Origin: Phoronis australis
Lineage: Eukaryota; Animalia; Phoronida
Length of the DNA stretch: 64,000 nt
NCBI GenBank assembly: GCA_002633005.1
Contig: NMRA01000358.1
Coordinates: 62,001-126,000, forward strand
Reading direction: 5' to 3'
Shown here: positions 13,023 to 26,800 of the stretch, piece after piece
Layout: the number at the start of each line of letters is the position of its first letter
How positions within the stretch are numbered: position 1 is the stretch's first letter
Notes under the pieces: generated by a model
Told to the model about the DNA's origin: nothing
Databases searched by the model: none
The model's input: only the letters and a program-made list of their open reading frames with translations
Program-made: the position numbers and the translations under genes

Positions 13023-16000
13023 CTTCGGGAATGGGCACGGTGGCTAACAGGAACGCAGCTGACGCCATTACCGTAAGAAAAGTGGTACCACGTCTGCCCA
13101 GTCGACTTTTCAACAGCACGTAGGTGCAGCATAGTGCTGGTATCTCTACTGCACCGGATATGGCGAAGTTGACGTATGGACCACCGGTCAAGTTCGAAGT
13201 ATTAAAAGATAGGCCGTAAAATAATAGGGTGGCACAAAACCTAGAATTCCAAAAAAGAAACAAAAATGTAAAGTTTGAAGCAACAATACAGGTCTCAAAC
13301 CACTCCTTAACATAGATTTTATTTATGCGTGTAATCTCCTACATGTATGGCTCGATGGCTATATGTGTCGTATTTTATCCGATAATCCCTAAGAATAGAA
13401 GCACTTCAAATGTGAAAAATTACAAGAATCAGAATTAACTACCTACCACAGCATCGCGTTGACGACTGTGAAGAGAATGATAGTTCTTGACTTCAGTAAA
13501 GCAATGAGTAGGGTGGTAGTTCGATTGCTCTGAAACAACATCAGATCAGCGACACACAGAGATAGCGACCCCAAACATATAGCTTAGAACTTAATAAACC
13601 GGAAAGATTGAGCAACTTCCATAAAAGTTAAAATACGAACATGATTATCAAAAAAACAACAAAACATTATGTTAAAACGGTGTCGTTCGTGTAAATAGGA
13701 ACAAGGCCAATCGAATTTACTAATTTGCTTTTCAAAGTTGAAAACAGTACGTGTTCAGTATCTGCGTGCAGAAGCTATACTGTTTATAACTAGTTTTTGA
13801 AACTTAACTGGAAGTTCAGACATAATTTAGGTGTTTCTAGCAAGAGCTGGATTTTCTTAAATCATTATGCAAACAACAAAAGCATTGGCAAAATCTACGT
13901 TGTTTGTTTTTAAAGGAGAAGGCAACCTTTTTCATGACATTTTTAGTAAAAAATACGGTTCGTTGATTATCCCAGACATATGTTTCAATTAATTACGTCG
14001 TCCCGTGACTTTATTTATTAGTCGTGTGCTTCTCCGCAAATGACGTTCAGGGGGTTAAGAATTTCTCATGAATTGGCTTCTGCGCGGATTTGTACCACTG
14101 TCGTTTTCGTGCAGGTTTTCTAAAATTGTCGTCACCACTTCCCATTGACAAGTATTCTACAAGCTCGATTGTTAGAGAACTCAATTGCGTTGGATTTGGG
14201 GATCATTTAGTTTGTAATAGCCAGAAAATGGCTGGATTTGACGACCCCGTGGCGCGTGTGACGTACACATTGTTCATAGGAGTGGTGACGAAGAGTTTTT
14301 TACGAACAGTCAGTGGGTGGATAATGTTTGAGCCCGAGTATAGTGACACAGAATGTGCACAGTTGTTGACAGGGATTAGAAAGAAACTGAGGACAGACGT
14401 GTTGGGAGGTCTTGGTGCAAATGCACGGTGTGCACTGTTATAACGACCTCAATGGAATGCCTATGCTGTTCCCACTGGATGGTGACCTGAGCACTCAAAC
14501 CGCTTACATCCCGCCGTGTGACTCCCTCGCCACACACCTTGCCCCTTCTAGATAGCTACAATACTTTAGGCAATCCACAATAAACTTTCAGAAGCTTGGC
14601 TCACCGGCCTGTTCACTGGACGACGAACTGTCCTCCTCACTGGGTGTCGAACTGGGCGTGTATTCACTGACCGAACTCAACATCGCTACGTTCGGACGTA
14701 CGGGTGACTGCAGATGAAGAGCCTTCACTCTGTGTAGAGGCCACAGCTTACGAGGGTTCTCAATTAAAAAATGCACTTTTCCGGGGTGGCTACGGGGCAC
14801 TTCCGGTAATCAAAAGCGACAGTATAGGGCACCCTTCTTCAGGCGTTATCTTGAAGAAACTTTCATCAATTCCGCTCGGTAATTCCACACTGATTTGTAC
14901 GTTGCGTAGAGGGGTAAAGCTGCGTTTTTCAAAGGAACGAGACAAGTACTGCGGGGTGCGTAAAAAGACATGTAATGGTAAACCTAGGGTATACCCAAAG
15001 TGAGACGATAATGAGTCCACCTCGGTACTCAGCAACCGTGCACCATGTTGACTGACTAGTAAACAAATGCAAACGACTAGTGAACGTATCACAACCGCTC
15101 ACACAGTCATACTATAGGAAAACAAAATGGCGGGAAATTCCTAACCCCCTAAACGTCACTGCCGGAGTAAGATACGATCAATCCATGAATTACTTGGAGC
15201 CGTTATTAACTGAAAATGTGTCTGGGTTGATCAAAGAATCGTATTTTTACTAAAAATGACATGAAAAAGGCTGCCTTCTCTTTTAACCTCTCACCGCAGC
15301 TAAGTTGTATTCACACAAACTAAACCGGCTAAACACTTTGTAACAGTAATCCTTTTTGCATAATTGCTGCGTGTAATAGCCTAAGTTTGTGTCTTGTTAT
15401 AGTCAAAAGAATTGATGAACATATCGGTTAATACGACTAAGTATAAACAAAACGACGTTGTAAATCAGGCGTCCGTTCGTAGATGCAAGAGCCTCTCGAA
15501 AACACAAGGCTTTGCAAGGCGTCGCCATGTAGCACCTGAGCACTAACGTTCTTCGCTAGGTTGTTGCGTCTACATAACTCAGCCCACACCACGGCTTCGT
15601 CTTTATTTCACAGTTCTCACGCTTCTTAATAACATATTTACGTAAGCTTGAAATGTCAAAATACAATAATTGTTTTAGTTTTAAATTTCCGAAGGAAAAC
15701 ATTATTCTTCAAGCTCACGACTTGTTTTTCTTCTTGCTTGCTCGTGACCACCATTTGATCCATCTCCGCGTTCCATTCAACACCGTTCATGCGGGCAATG
15801 CTTTTCAGTACAACGATTGCGTCTTCAACACGGTGACGTTTAAGGAGCCATCTTGGCGATTCGGGCGTCAACCTGGGAGAAGATCGCCTTTACTTCAACA
15901 AATACTGGTTTCTCATATCACCATTTTAGCATCACATTTCCTGAGCTTTTCTGTTATTGCGGTCATCGTGTAATAATCACTGATCAAAAGCAAGATATTC

Positions 16001-17814
16001 CCTGTACTTTAGCCGTTTTCTGTCGTTTTCAGCGATCCAAACGACAGTAATATGGCCAATGAACTCAAAGTTGCCAACTCCAGCTCGATAATCAACTAAT
16101 CTAACGTTAACCATAGTACACATTTTTGAAACTGTGAATGTAAATTACATGCATTTAAAGTTAAGAAATGGCCAAAACACTAACATTAGAATCAAAATAT
16201 GTCGTGGCATGTGTCTTTAAAGTTCAGTGTGGTAGGGTAGAATTAAGTCTTGCAGTAAGACGCTATTCATCCTATATTTATCCAAAAAAGGGCACTGGTA
16301 GTAAATCAGCTGCATTTCGACATATTTAGCGGACTAAAATCAAAAATCAAATTAAGTCCGTATACTCTTACGAAAATGTTTGATAATACTTCTTGCCGTG
16401 ACATGAATCCGTCCCTGCTACGAGTATGAACATACCGAAGAAAGCTCTTCGGAGTTTATTGGGATTGGTCACCCTCAAAAATTGCAAATTTATGTTTTGC
16501 TTGCGACTTGATTGGAAATGGAATTTGAGCCCTAATGTGAGGTATTATGAAAGCGATTTTATGGGAGGAAATGGTCTTATTCGATATTCGTTTGTTTTAG
16601 CCAGCTAATCAGCACGAAATGCAACTTTAACATACGTCATCAGGAGACTGCATGAATACGTCTTCAGTGCCCAACTGCAAGAACCAGTCCGAAATAGGAC
16701 TCTACTTAGGTCACTAAACCGTCTGCAAATTTGTAGACTTTGTGAAAACACCGATTGTTCTTTTGTATTCTGTTTTAGTTTCGTTACTACGTCAACTTTT
16801 GGTTTTGATACAAATCGAAAGTGAACTCGACGTTGAATTTCCAATATTACCGAAAATGTATAGAAATCTTTTCATGCAACGCTCCTAACTTTGGTACTAA
16901 GTCCTATTTATTTTCATTGAACTCAGGGCTCAGTTATACTACTACAAATGTCATCAGACAAAGAGGAGCCCATAATAAATTAAGATGAAACGATAGAAAA
17001 AGATCACATCTGTGAGCAAACAGAGACACAAACAGGCAAAATATTTAGGGAACTTAGCTGAGTCCCTATTTGCGACTGTTTCATGCAACAGGGCACAGGA
17101 AACTGATGCTTCAAGACAGCTGGTGATCCGACTGATTGGGTGCAGGCTCAGTTGACTGTGCTCAACAATACTCTGATAGCAGCATTTAATTGTTTAGCTC
17201 TGTTGATACCATAGAAAATTAAAACAAAATTCACTAGTTATTTACAAACGTTACATATTTACAAACCATGCGTAGAGAGCGACGAATGCTATCATCGGTA
17301 AATGGAGCGACAGTTGCAAAGTAACCCAATCCCTAATGAAATAGGCTACTAAAGCTACCAACAGATATCCCACGCTCCAGGAGAAGTATATTCCGAGACC
17401 TGCCACCGACCGGTATTTCACGCCAACAATTTCTAGGCCTGCAACGTTAAAAGTAATTCAAACAATGAATCACAGATCTACTGCTAAGCTAATGACACTT
17501 GAGTTTCAGACTCGCGTAATGGACGAGATCACATTCTGTATTTCACTACAACGTATAAAGTAATCTGGCACCGTCCAGTCTGAGGACCATCATTTTTTAT
17601 TCAATATAATAAGTACGAGTACAGATAATACAATTACACGATGCAATAACTTTTTTGTTTTACTCAAGGAAGGTTAAGGTGTTAACTTGTAGTACTGATA
17701 TGTACCAAGGTTATTCGACATTGGATAAAAACAAGTAGAGGCTATGATTCATTCAGAATAAGCAAACAAGGTCAAGACCTTGCCAGCGCTCTATAAATTC
17801 ACCTTACTTCATTT

Positions 17815-17874
<60 letters not shown>

Positions 17875-20800
17875 TATATATATATACCGTTCAGTGGAAA
17901 TGTACAATGCAAGTTCCTTTTTAAACATTGCAAGGCAGGGATATTTACACTTTAATCTTTGTTTATAAATGTGGTACTTGCTGAGGCAAAGAACCATACT
18001 TTGTAAAACTGATTCCACCTGAACACCAAACAGAACTGATTGTATAGACGGTTCTAAACTATGTCGAACAGCATCTTCAAGCCAGTTATTTACATTAGTC
18101 CAAAACTGCTGAGTAAAGGTTACAAGACCAGTACACGTGGACAATAGATTCAATTTCATTTATGCAAAAAGTGCACAATGAGCTATCAGTTACGCCAATC
18201 TTATATAAAAATTCATTATAACCTATTATTCTATGAGCCAGCCTAAATTGGAACCATCTCAGAGAAACATCTTCGGTGAATGAATAGATGTAAGAAAAAA
18301 CATTGTACCACCATTCTGCAGAATCCGGAAGATTTAATTTTTTACTCCACTTCATTTAACACTTTGTTTTTCCGCAATTCTGCGAGATAATAACGTGGTA
18401 AATTTTATCTACTACTTTGACATCTCCCAAAATAACTTCAATGTATCGTGGACGACGCGGTAAAATTACTTCCCTCTCTGAGATGACTCCAGTTAGCATA
18501 TAATGAGCTTCGTAGACCGTGAAATAAAGTTATTTGAGATGTAAAGTCAAATTTCTGTATTAACTCCTCATAATTAACGAAACAACCATCCGAATTAAAT
18601 AAGTCGTGTACATAAGTTATGCCTTTTTAATACCACCATTTATAGAAAACAGGCTTGTTATCTATCAGTATATTCGAATTAAGCCATAGAGGCTGATGAA
18701 TACCATCGTTTTCGGGAACTAACAATCTGAATTCATGAACATTTTGAAAGACCTCTTTCCAAAACACATTAGAAGTCATTTAGGACATCTTTATAAAATA
18801 GAAATCCCCGAGCAGTAAGTAATTCTTTGGAACTCGTGATAGCAGACCATTTGCTAAAACTGCCCGTGAACTTGTTGTACTTTGACAAAGTAGTCTACGA
18901 AACCAAGTTAATTTAATGGCTTTCATAAAAGAAGTGACGTCAATCATTCTAGCTCCACCAACATTGTACTCTTGAGCCAAAATCTTACGACATATTTTTT
19001 CCGTTTTACCGTTCCATATAAAGCAGTAGAACATTTTGTTCAGCTGCTCCAGTAAGGCCTGTGAAGGGGACACGAGACTTGTAAAAAGATGAATGAGTTT
19101 TGGCATAATTATCGATTTCACAACTGTTATTCTTCCAAAAAGTGTCAAGTTTCTTTTTCCCCACATGCATATAGCCTTCTTTATTACACCAAGATTGCTG
19201 TTAAAACTAATTTCGGGAATTTTATTTAAATCAGTGGAGAATTGAATACCCAGTAAAGTGAATTCTGATGTTGCCCATTTCAGTTTTACGTCACAGCACA
19301 TTTTTTGATAGCTACCCTTCATAGAATCTCTCCAAATACAAATTGCTTTTCCCAGATTAGGCTTTAGATCAGAATATTTTGCAAAAGGGTTTAAAATGTG
19401 AAGTGTTTTCCACAGAGACTGCTCCGAGCCATCTAAAGATATAACCGTATCGTCTGCATACTGCATCTGTTTGTTTTCCACCGATCCGACCTGGATGCCC
19501 TTAACGCTGTTGTCTAGTCTAATGAGCCAGCCCATAATCTCTGCATATAGAATAAAAAGGTATGGCGATAACGGATTACCTTGCCTGCAACCACGCCCTT
19601 TGTCGAAAAAGTTAGATGTGACACCGTTCTGTATAACACATTGCTTTGCACCTCTGTTTAGTATATGGACCCATTTTTTCATTGAGTAACCAAAATTAAA
19701 GAAATTTAAAACATTGTCAATTAGACCACGACAATGAGTCAAACGCCTTTTCAAAGTCCACCAGTAAAAGTAAACCCGGTTTATTAAACTACTCAGTAAA
19801 CTGCATCAAGTCATAAATCTGCCTTTTATTTTCTGCTATGAAAAGCCCAGAGAGAAAACCCTTTTGGTCACTGTGTATTAACTTTTGCATCACAGAACGA
19901 ACTCTTTGGGAAATACAAGACGACAAAAGTTTGTAAGAGAGAGACAGGCCTCCAATTTTTTATATTATTTCTTGATTTATTTCCTTTGGGTATGATGGTA
20001 ATCACTCCCTGGAGTTGGGAGTTTGGCAGGAAGCCTCTTCTGAAACTGTGATTGTACGCTTTAGTAAGAGGCCCATCTTGTAGCGTCACAGTCCCACAAC
20101 ATGTGTGGAACGCAGTGCAGCGCAAAAGTGTTGTCAAATTAATAGGCCAACAGTTAAGGTTTGTAAGTGGACTAAGTGATGTTGTCAGTCGGAAATACTG
20201 TAGTATGACCGACAGCTGATCAGTGGCAACAGCTTTTGCGCGTTCGGGACGTATTTCTATAAGTCGAGCCAAACCGGAGAAGAAACAACGCCCACAGGAG
20301 TACAGCAGGTCGGTGAGCGCGTTGAGTGCCGAAGTAGGGTTACAGGGGCCAGCAGCAGAAGTCAACAGCAACACCCCTCGTTCACAGCTAGGCGGTCATT
20401 CACCCGAGAGCACGACACTATCATCTTTCAGTGTCAGGAAACGACGGACTGAGTACAAATTGTGTAGAAATTTTCAGTGTCTCCGGCGGCACTTGAACCC
20501 AAGTTCCACGACGGTCAAGCATCTAAACCATTCGTCCAACAGGCAATTGCCACTTGCCAAGCGGTTTAGAGAGGCTTTATCTGACTGTATGTGTTGTCAC
20601 AATGGGAAGTCACGCTTCACAACAATTGCGGCGAATTCGTACTTGAACTTGCCTGCCAGCAAGCTTAAGAAAACAATCTCGACATTTTGTCAGCGTTACT
20701 AAATGAGATGGGGAATGTCTGCGGCGCAGCACTGAAAAAATGGGGTTATAGCCCCACAGTCCCCCTGTGGTCCCCTGCCCATAGACCATATGCGGCGCAG

Positions 20801-23800
20801 CACTGACGAAAGGTGGGGGTCTATAGCTTTATTTAGGCTGCAAATCGGCAGTAGCGTCAGTTGGTATCTATGACGACATCTGGGGATAATTTGATTTAGT
20901 GACGGGTGAGTGGAGTCGCCCGGACATGTCGAGCGTGTACACACATTGGCGTCTCGCAGTTCTAGAAGTGTCGCAATATACACAAATGCACCGAACAGTG
21001 AACGATGGACAGGAAACAGAAGATGACATGAATAAGCGCGTGACGTCATGATGAGCCAGGCAGTATAATGGATGACGTCGCACATTCGATGCCGAGATAT
21101 GCTGCGAGTGTCATGCACGCACTCGGACACATAACGTACATGTAGAATTGTCGTGAGGACTTGACGCGTACCTCAGGGGTCTCACACTCCACTTATTTAT
21201 CCACATTATTTAGAAAACGCTCTGCAAGTCAAACATTGTGTGTCATAAAAGAGATAAGCATACCTGGAGCTGACGCAGCAAGTTCAACTACTCTCATTCA
21301 TCACATTGGTGTAGGCTCACAGTTAAACTGTGGTTTTCTGTTGACCCCAGAACGTCCGGAGTTGCACCATATACCAACTCCGGACGGTCTCTCACGACGA
21401 TTTAGCGTTATGAGGGAAGCGGAAAAAGGCAGAGCCGGACGGTGCGCACCACCGACTCAGAAGTAAATTCTCGTTCCGCGCAGAACTTCGACAAAAAAGT
21501 CACCCATCCAAGTACTACCCGGGTCCGTTACATTACCTCGATGGTCGGACGAGAACCAATGTTTTCAAAGTACAGGTACGACAACGTTTGATCATGATTT
21601 TACCGTTCGATTAAAGTTTTGCGCTGCCCCCTACAGAGTCGCATTTGGCGAGTTGACATTATACTGAGCTTCGAGCCCTGCAGAGTGACCAAAAGGCACA
21701 TGGCAAAGGTTACAATTAAAGCCAGCCGCTTACCGAATTGTTGATGAATCAATGAAATCGGCACGCGATAGGCTTTGAGAATTTTTAAATGTTTAAAGAT
21801 TTATCGGCTTCGAGTCATCTTCGACCTCCCATAACCAAATTTGGTCTGTGTTTAGACCAAGATCATGAAATTTAAGATGACCTGAAATTTTGGGCATTGC
21901 ATCTGAAGAAAAATCGAACTGCCAAATTCTCCAAGTACAGACATAGTATGGAGAATGTCCAGGAGCCAAATGTTGTTTTTTTACTTAACCTGATTTTGAC
22001 AGATAAAATTTTTTTCTTTGCTGTTTCATGTAGCCTAGGGTTTGGTAATCAGAAATCAGGCGGTTGACCGTTCCCAAACCTTGAGAATTTTTTTAAATAT
22101 GCAAATTAAGGTTGCCATTATGCAAAATTCTATTTTTGCATATAATTTCCTTACCAAGTCCTGCAGGCAGATGATTTTGACGTTTTACCAATGTTTCCAT
22201 GGTCAGTGAATATAGGCCTAATGGAGCAAGCTTGTTGGTGAATACATTGTCAATTTGCATAATTTATGCAAATTAAGACTCCCGTTATGCAAAATTCTAT
22301 TTTTGCTTATAAGTTCCTTACCAAACACTGCAGGCAGGTTATATTGATGCTTTCACCCATTCTTCCATGGTCAATGAATTTAATAGTGAAAGTTTTTGGG
22401 TGGATACATCTTCAATTTGCATAATTTATTCAAATTAAGGCCGCTATTATTCAAAATTTTATTTGTTCTAATAGCTATGGTACCAATCATCACAGGTGAA
22501 TTATCACATTTTCACCTATGTTTCTATGGTCAATTAGTTCAATGAAATCACTTTGCATGTTGTTACATGATAAATTTGCATAATTAGTGCAAATTAAGGC
22601 CACCCTTATTCAAAATTATTTGTTGCTTAAAGCTCCCTTTCCAAGCACTGCAGACAGGTTACTTTAATGTTTTCACCCATGCTTCCATGGTCAGTGAATT
22701 TAATGGACCTCGTTTGCTAGTGGATACATCGTGAATTTGCTTGATATATGCATAATATATGCAAATTAAGGTCGCCATTATTCAAAATTCTACTTTTGCT
22801 TATAGCTGAAGTACCAGGCACCCCAAGTAAACTGTTTTGACGTCTTTACCCATGTTTCTGTGAAATCAGTTTGCAAGTTGTTGCATGATGAATTTTCATA
22901 TTTTCTACAGATAATGGACACCGCCATTCCAAATTCTGTTTCTGCTCTTAATCTCCTTACGGGCGTTACATGTAGATTATTTTCGAATTTATCTCATGTT
23001 TTTGATAATTTACGCAAATTACAGCTGCCATATTCAAAATTCTACTTGTGCTTATAACTGCTGCATCAGACATCAGAGGTTAGTTAAAAAAATTGCACCC
23101 GTGTTTCAGTGGTCATTGAATTTAATGAAATCTGTAAGAAGAATCTCTTTTGTGATGAAGTAAGAAAATATTTTGTGTAGTGGGTGTTCTGCAGTTTGAG
23201 ACCTTTAATTTCAAAAAGATATTGCCTGTAGCCCTGCGCTCTCACAGACCATAGAAAAAGCGCAAATTAGTTTAATGACTTGGGTGAACGCTGGAATGGG
23301 GCTCGGAGCAATCAGTTTATAGGGATCACGTTGATGAGATACGAATACAGTAGTGAGGGAATAGTAGGGAATTGTCCTCAAAGAAGAGAATCTTAGCTTT
23401 GGGCACAAGTTGCCATTTGTCCTACAAGATTGAAACAGATCTTGGAGAGATAAAGAGCGGTAACGTTAGATCCTGATTTAAAACTTATCACACGGAAGAA
23501 AGTAAGGCACGTCTTGATACACAATCCCAAGATATTGCACGGATCTGTCAAAAGTAGATAGCAGCATCGATCTAATGGATCCCAATGTTCATCCCAAAGA
23601 CGCAGTGGTGAACATTGGCATAACAGGATTGCCACTTCAACAGTTAACGTACGTGAAACAATAAGCATGGGGCAGGTAATGTTATCAGACTTCGAGAAAG
23701 GCTGCCAGTACGTTAGGAACACAAGCAGGCAATCACTGATGAAGATCCTTGTCCCTTAAGGACATTGGAGATCGAGACATCCCATGAAGAAGGTAGCTCC

Positions 23801-26800
23801 ATTATTGTCCAACAGGACGTCAAATGTGCATATGAACTTTACAAATTTTAGGTTGTTTCGGATGACAAAAATGTATTTGTCCTTCGTGTGGATTACTAAG
23901 ACAAGGAACAGCTTCAAATTCCCCCAACCATGAAATCACGTAGTAAGCGTAGAACAGTCGAACACATAAAGTTAACAGTGAAAACATGTAGCGATATTGT
24001 GAAGGTCTCCTTCCTGCCCATTCACTGTAGGGGTGTAACACGTTGACATGCTACTGTGGAGTTGGAAAGGGATCCATCGTTAAAATATTGAAGGCTGAAC
24101 ATGACTAGTAATGCCCATTTTTCTGATGTCATGAAACAGGCCACTAAATGTATGTGCGCCTGGAATGAAGACAATCAGGAAGATGCCAGGAACCAGACTA
24201 CTGGTATGGGCAAGAGAAATGGCAAGAAATATATGTCCGCCCCCAAACTGTCACCGACAACAGAGGCATTCAAAGACGACGTAAACGTAAACGTAAACAG
24301 ACCCCATTACCAGTCAGTCACGTGGTGGAATGTTACCAGCACTAGATCCAGAAGACTATGGATGTAAGAAAGATGCCATAAACAAATCACTCTCACCATG
24401 CATCTATAATTTCGCATGGTGTCCAACTCGCTCCTGTTGCATACTAGTGATGATTAGGTGTGTCTGCAAAGGTCAGATTTTACGATATGCAAGATACAAT
24501 TGTAGATACAATTGCAGAGTCAATTTTCTACCCGCACAATATTTTGGGCAAATTATATTGTAATGTGCTAACGTTCCGAGTGCTGAATTAGCATTTGAAA
24601 CGTCTTGTGACTGGTCTCATTCGATAGGATTTATGCATTTCAACAATTTGGTCATCTACTACTGCATATACCCTGGGTATCAGACAAAACTAGAATTTGT
24701 AATGTTGTGTAATAAATTACTGATTTATTATATTCATGATGTAATAACAGATTACTTTAAATTCATCAGTAAAAATACCAAAATAATTTACATGTGGTGC
24801 TCACCGTAAGAAAGTTACGAGCAGAAACAGAATTTTTGATAATGGCTGCGTTTATTTGCATAAATTATGCTTATTTATCGTGCAACTTGCAAACTGATTT
24901 TATTAACCTAATTGATCATAGGAACATAGGTGTGGTGCTTGGTACCGCACAAGTAGCTATATGCACAAGTGAAATTTTGAATAATGGCGCCCTTAATTTG
25001 CATTAGTTCTGCAAATTGCAAATTTATCATGCAACAACATGCAAAGCGATTTCATTAAACTAGTTGACCAAAAGAATATAGCTGCAAATATCATAATAGT
25101 TCATCTGTGGTGCCTGGTACAGTAGCTATAAGCACAAGAAGATTTTTGAATAATGGTGGCCTTAATTTGCATAAATTATACAAATTGATAATGTATTCAC
25201 CTAAAAACTTGCATTATTAAATTTGTTGACCATGAATACATGGGTAAAACGTCAAAATTGTCGGGCTGCAGTCCTTCGTAAGCAAATTATAAGCAGAAAT
25301 AGAATTTTGCATAATGGCGACCTTAATTTGCATATTTAAAAATGCTCAAGGGTTGCAAACGGTCACCCCCCTAAATCATGGTAATTTAACCCTAGGCTAC
25401 ATGAAACTGCAAAGAAAAAACCAGGTTCAACCCCTTGGCTCCCGGACTAGAAACTGTCAGTTCTCGGAAATCATTCGCCATCAGAGTAAGGACGAAAAAA
25501 TTGAGACCACGTTTAGAACGGCAAGATGTGATATCGACTAAAACTTGTTTTGAGAAAAAACACAGTTTTAATGTCGCTTGAAAAAAAGAAAACGTCAATA
25601 AGGAGCCTCACTAAATTACGTCTACCGTGCAGGCATTCCCGGTTTGTCCTGGATTTCCATCTGAACTTGGCTATCACGCAGGAGTGCATTCAAACGATTT
25701 GTATGTACTGTACAGGCAGTCTTGTGCTATATAAGAGTCGAGCAATATACTGACCTTAAACGGTCTACAAAGTCAGTCACTGGACAGTATGGAAATCAAT
25801 TAAGGCAGCAATTCATTCAAGTTCTGGTGTTCGCATTCCTTTCAAGTGTAATGAATTTAGAGAATTTTTACTTGTCTATATCCTGCCTGGGTGATGTTCG
25901 TTGGGGAGACAATGGTTTTCCAGAAGTTTTTGGTATAAAGCACGGTTCAACATTTTTTTGGACAATGTTTTTGAAGAAATTGCACATTTCAGAGTTAACG
26001 TAAGTGAAAAAAAACAAACCAAACTGAGCGAGTGTTCATACTTGTAGGGCAAGCAAATTTGTATTTAGGCACTGACTAATACAGTAAAACTCGCAAAAGT
26101 CGTGTTTTGTAACTTGAGTAAAGTCCAGCAGTACAATAGTTTAAGTACATGTACGTACACTCAGGTCTGCAGATAAGCCGGGTTTTGCCATACTAGAATG
26201 AGATCTCTCAGTTTTGTTGGGTTCGACTAAATGAGCGCGTTCTATAGTAGATCATTTGCAGACTTACCTAGAACGAAAGCGGCTACATATTTCCCCTCAG
26301 AAGCGCCGGCCATTAAGGCGTAGGAAATGATGAACATGGTGGGCCCCACAGACACAGCACTGAGTACACCAAACAGACATTGCATTAATAGGAAGACGAC
26401 CGTCATTTTTTTCCTGCCAAATCTACAAAAAAGAGCAACGCGGAGCGTTTAAATGGGCCAACGAATGCACTGCAAGAGGTGTGCTTCTAGGGATATTTAT
26501 TTGTATTATAAACATGGCCAGTAGATGGCGCAAAATATATCGAATTCATCCAAAAACGGGAACTTGTCAATGCCAACTGTTCTCATATATGCCAATTTTN
26601 ATCTAAAAGTCGTCGTCGTTCATTGTCAACTTCATACATAAAAACATAAGTGCTAAATTTAATACAGATTCTGCACTGGGTTTAGGAGATACAATAATGG
26701 GCGCAAAAAACAAAACTGCCACTTGGAGTCGCCACAGTAGTCGAAGTTATCAAAAATTCATCGTCAACCGTCGTCTTCAAACTAAAGACATTTTGCCAGT

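Noticed and set aside
17592-21585. 5S-targeting (Mutsu-like) or 5S-headed Tx1 LINE as one unit
   Set aside because: The LINE has its own probable TSD at 17582-17591 / 20068-20077, ends 1.4 kb from the 5S fragment, and no 3' part of 5S follows it.
21499-21585. Functional 5S rRNA gene
   Set aside because: Diverged and missing the 3' ~30 nt needed for the terminal helix.
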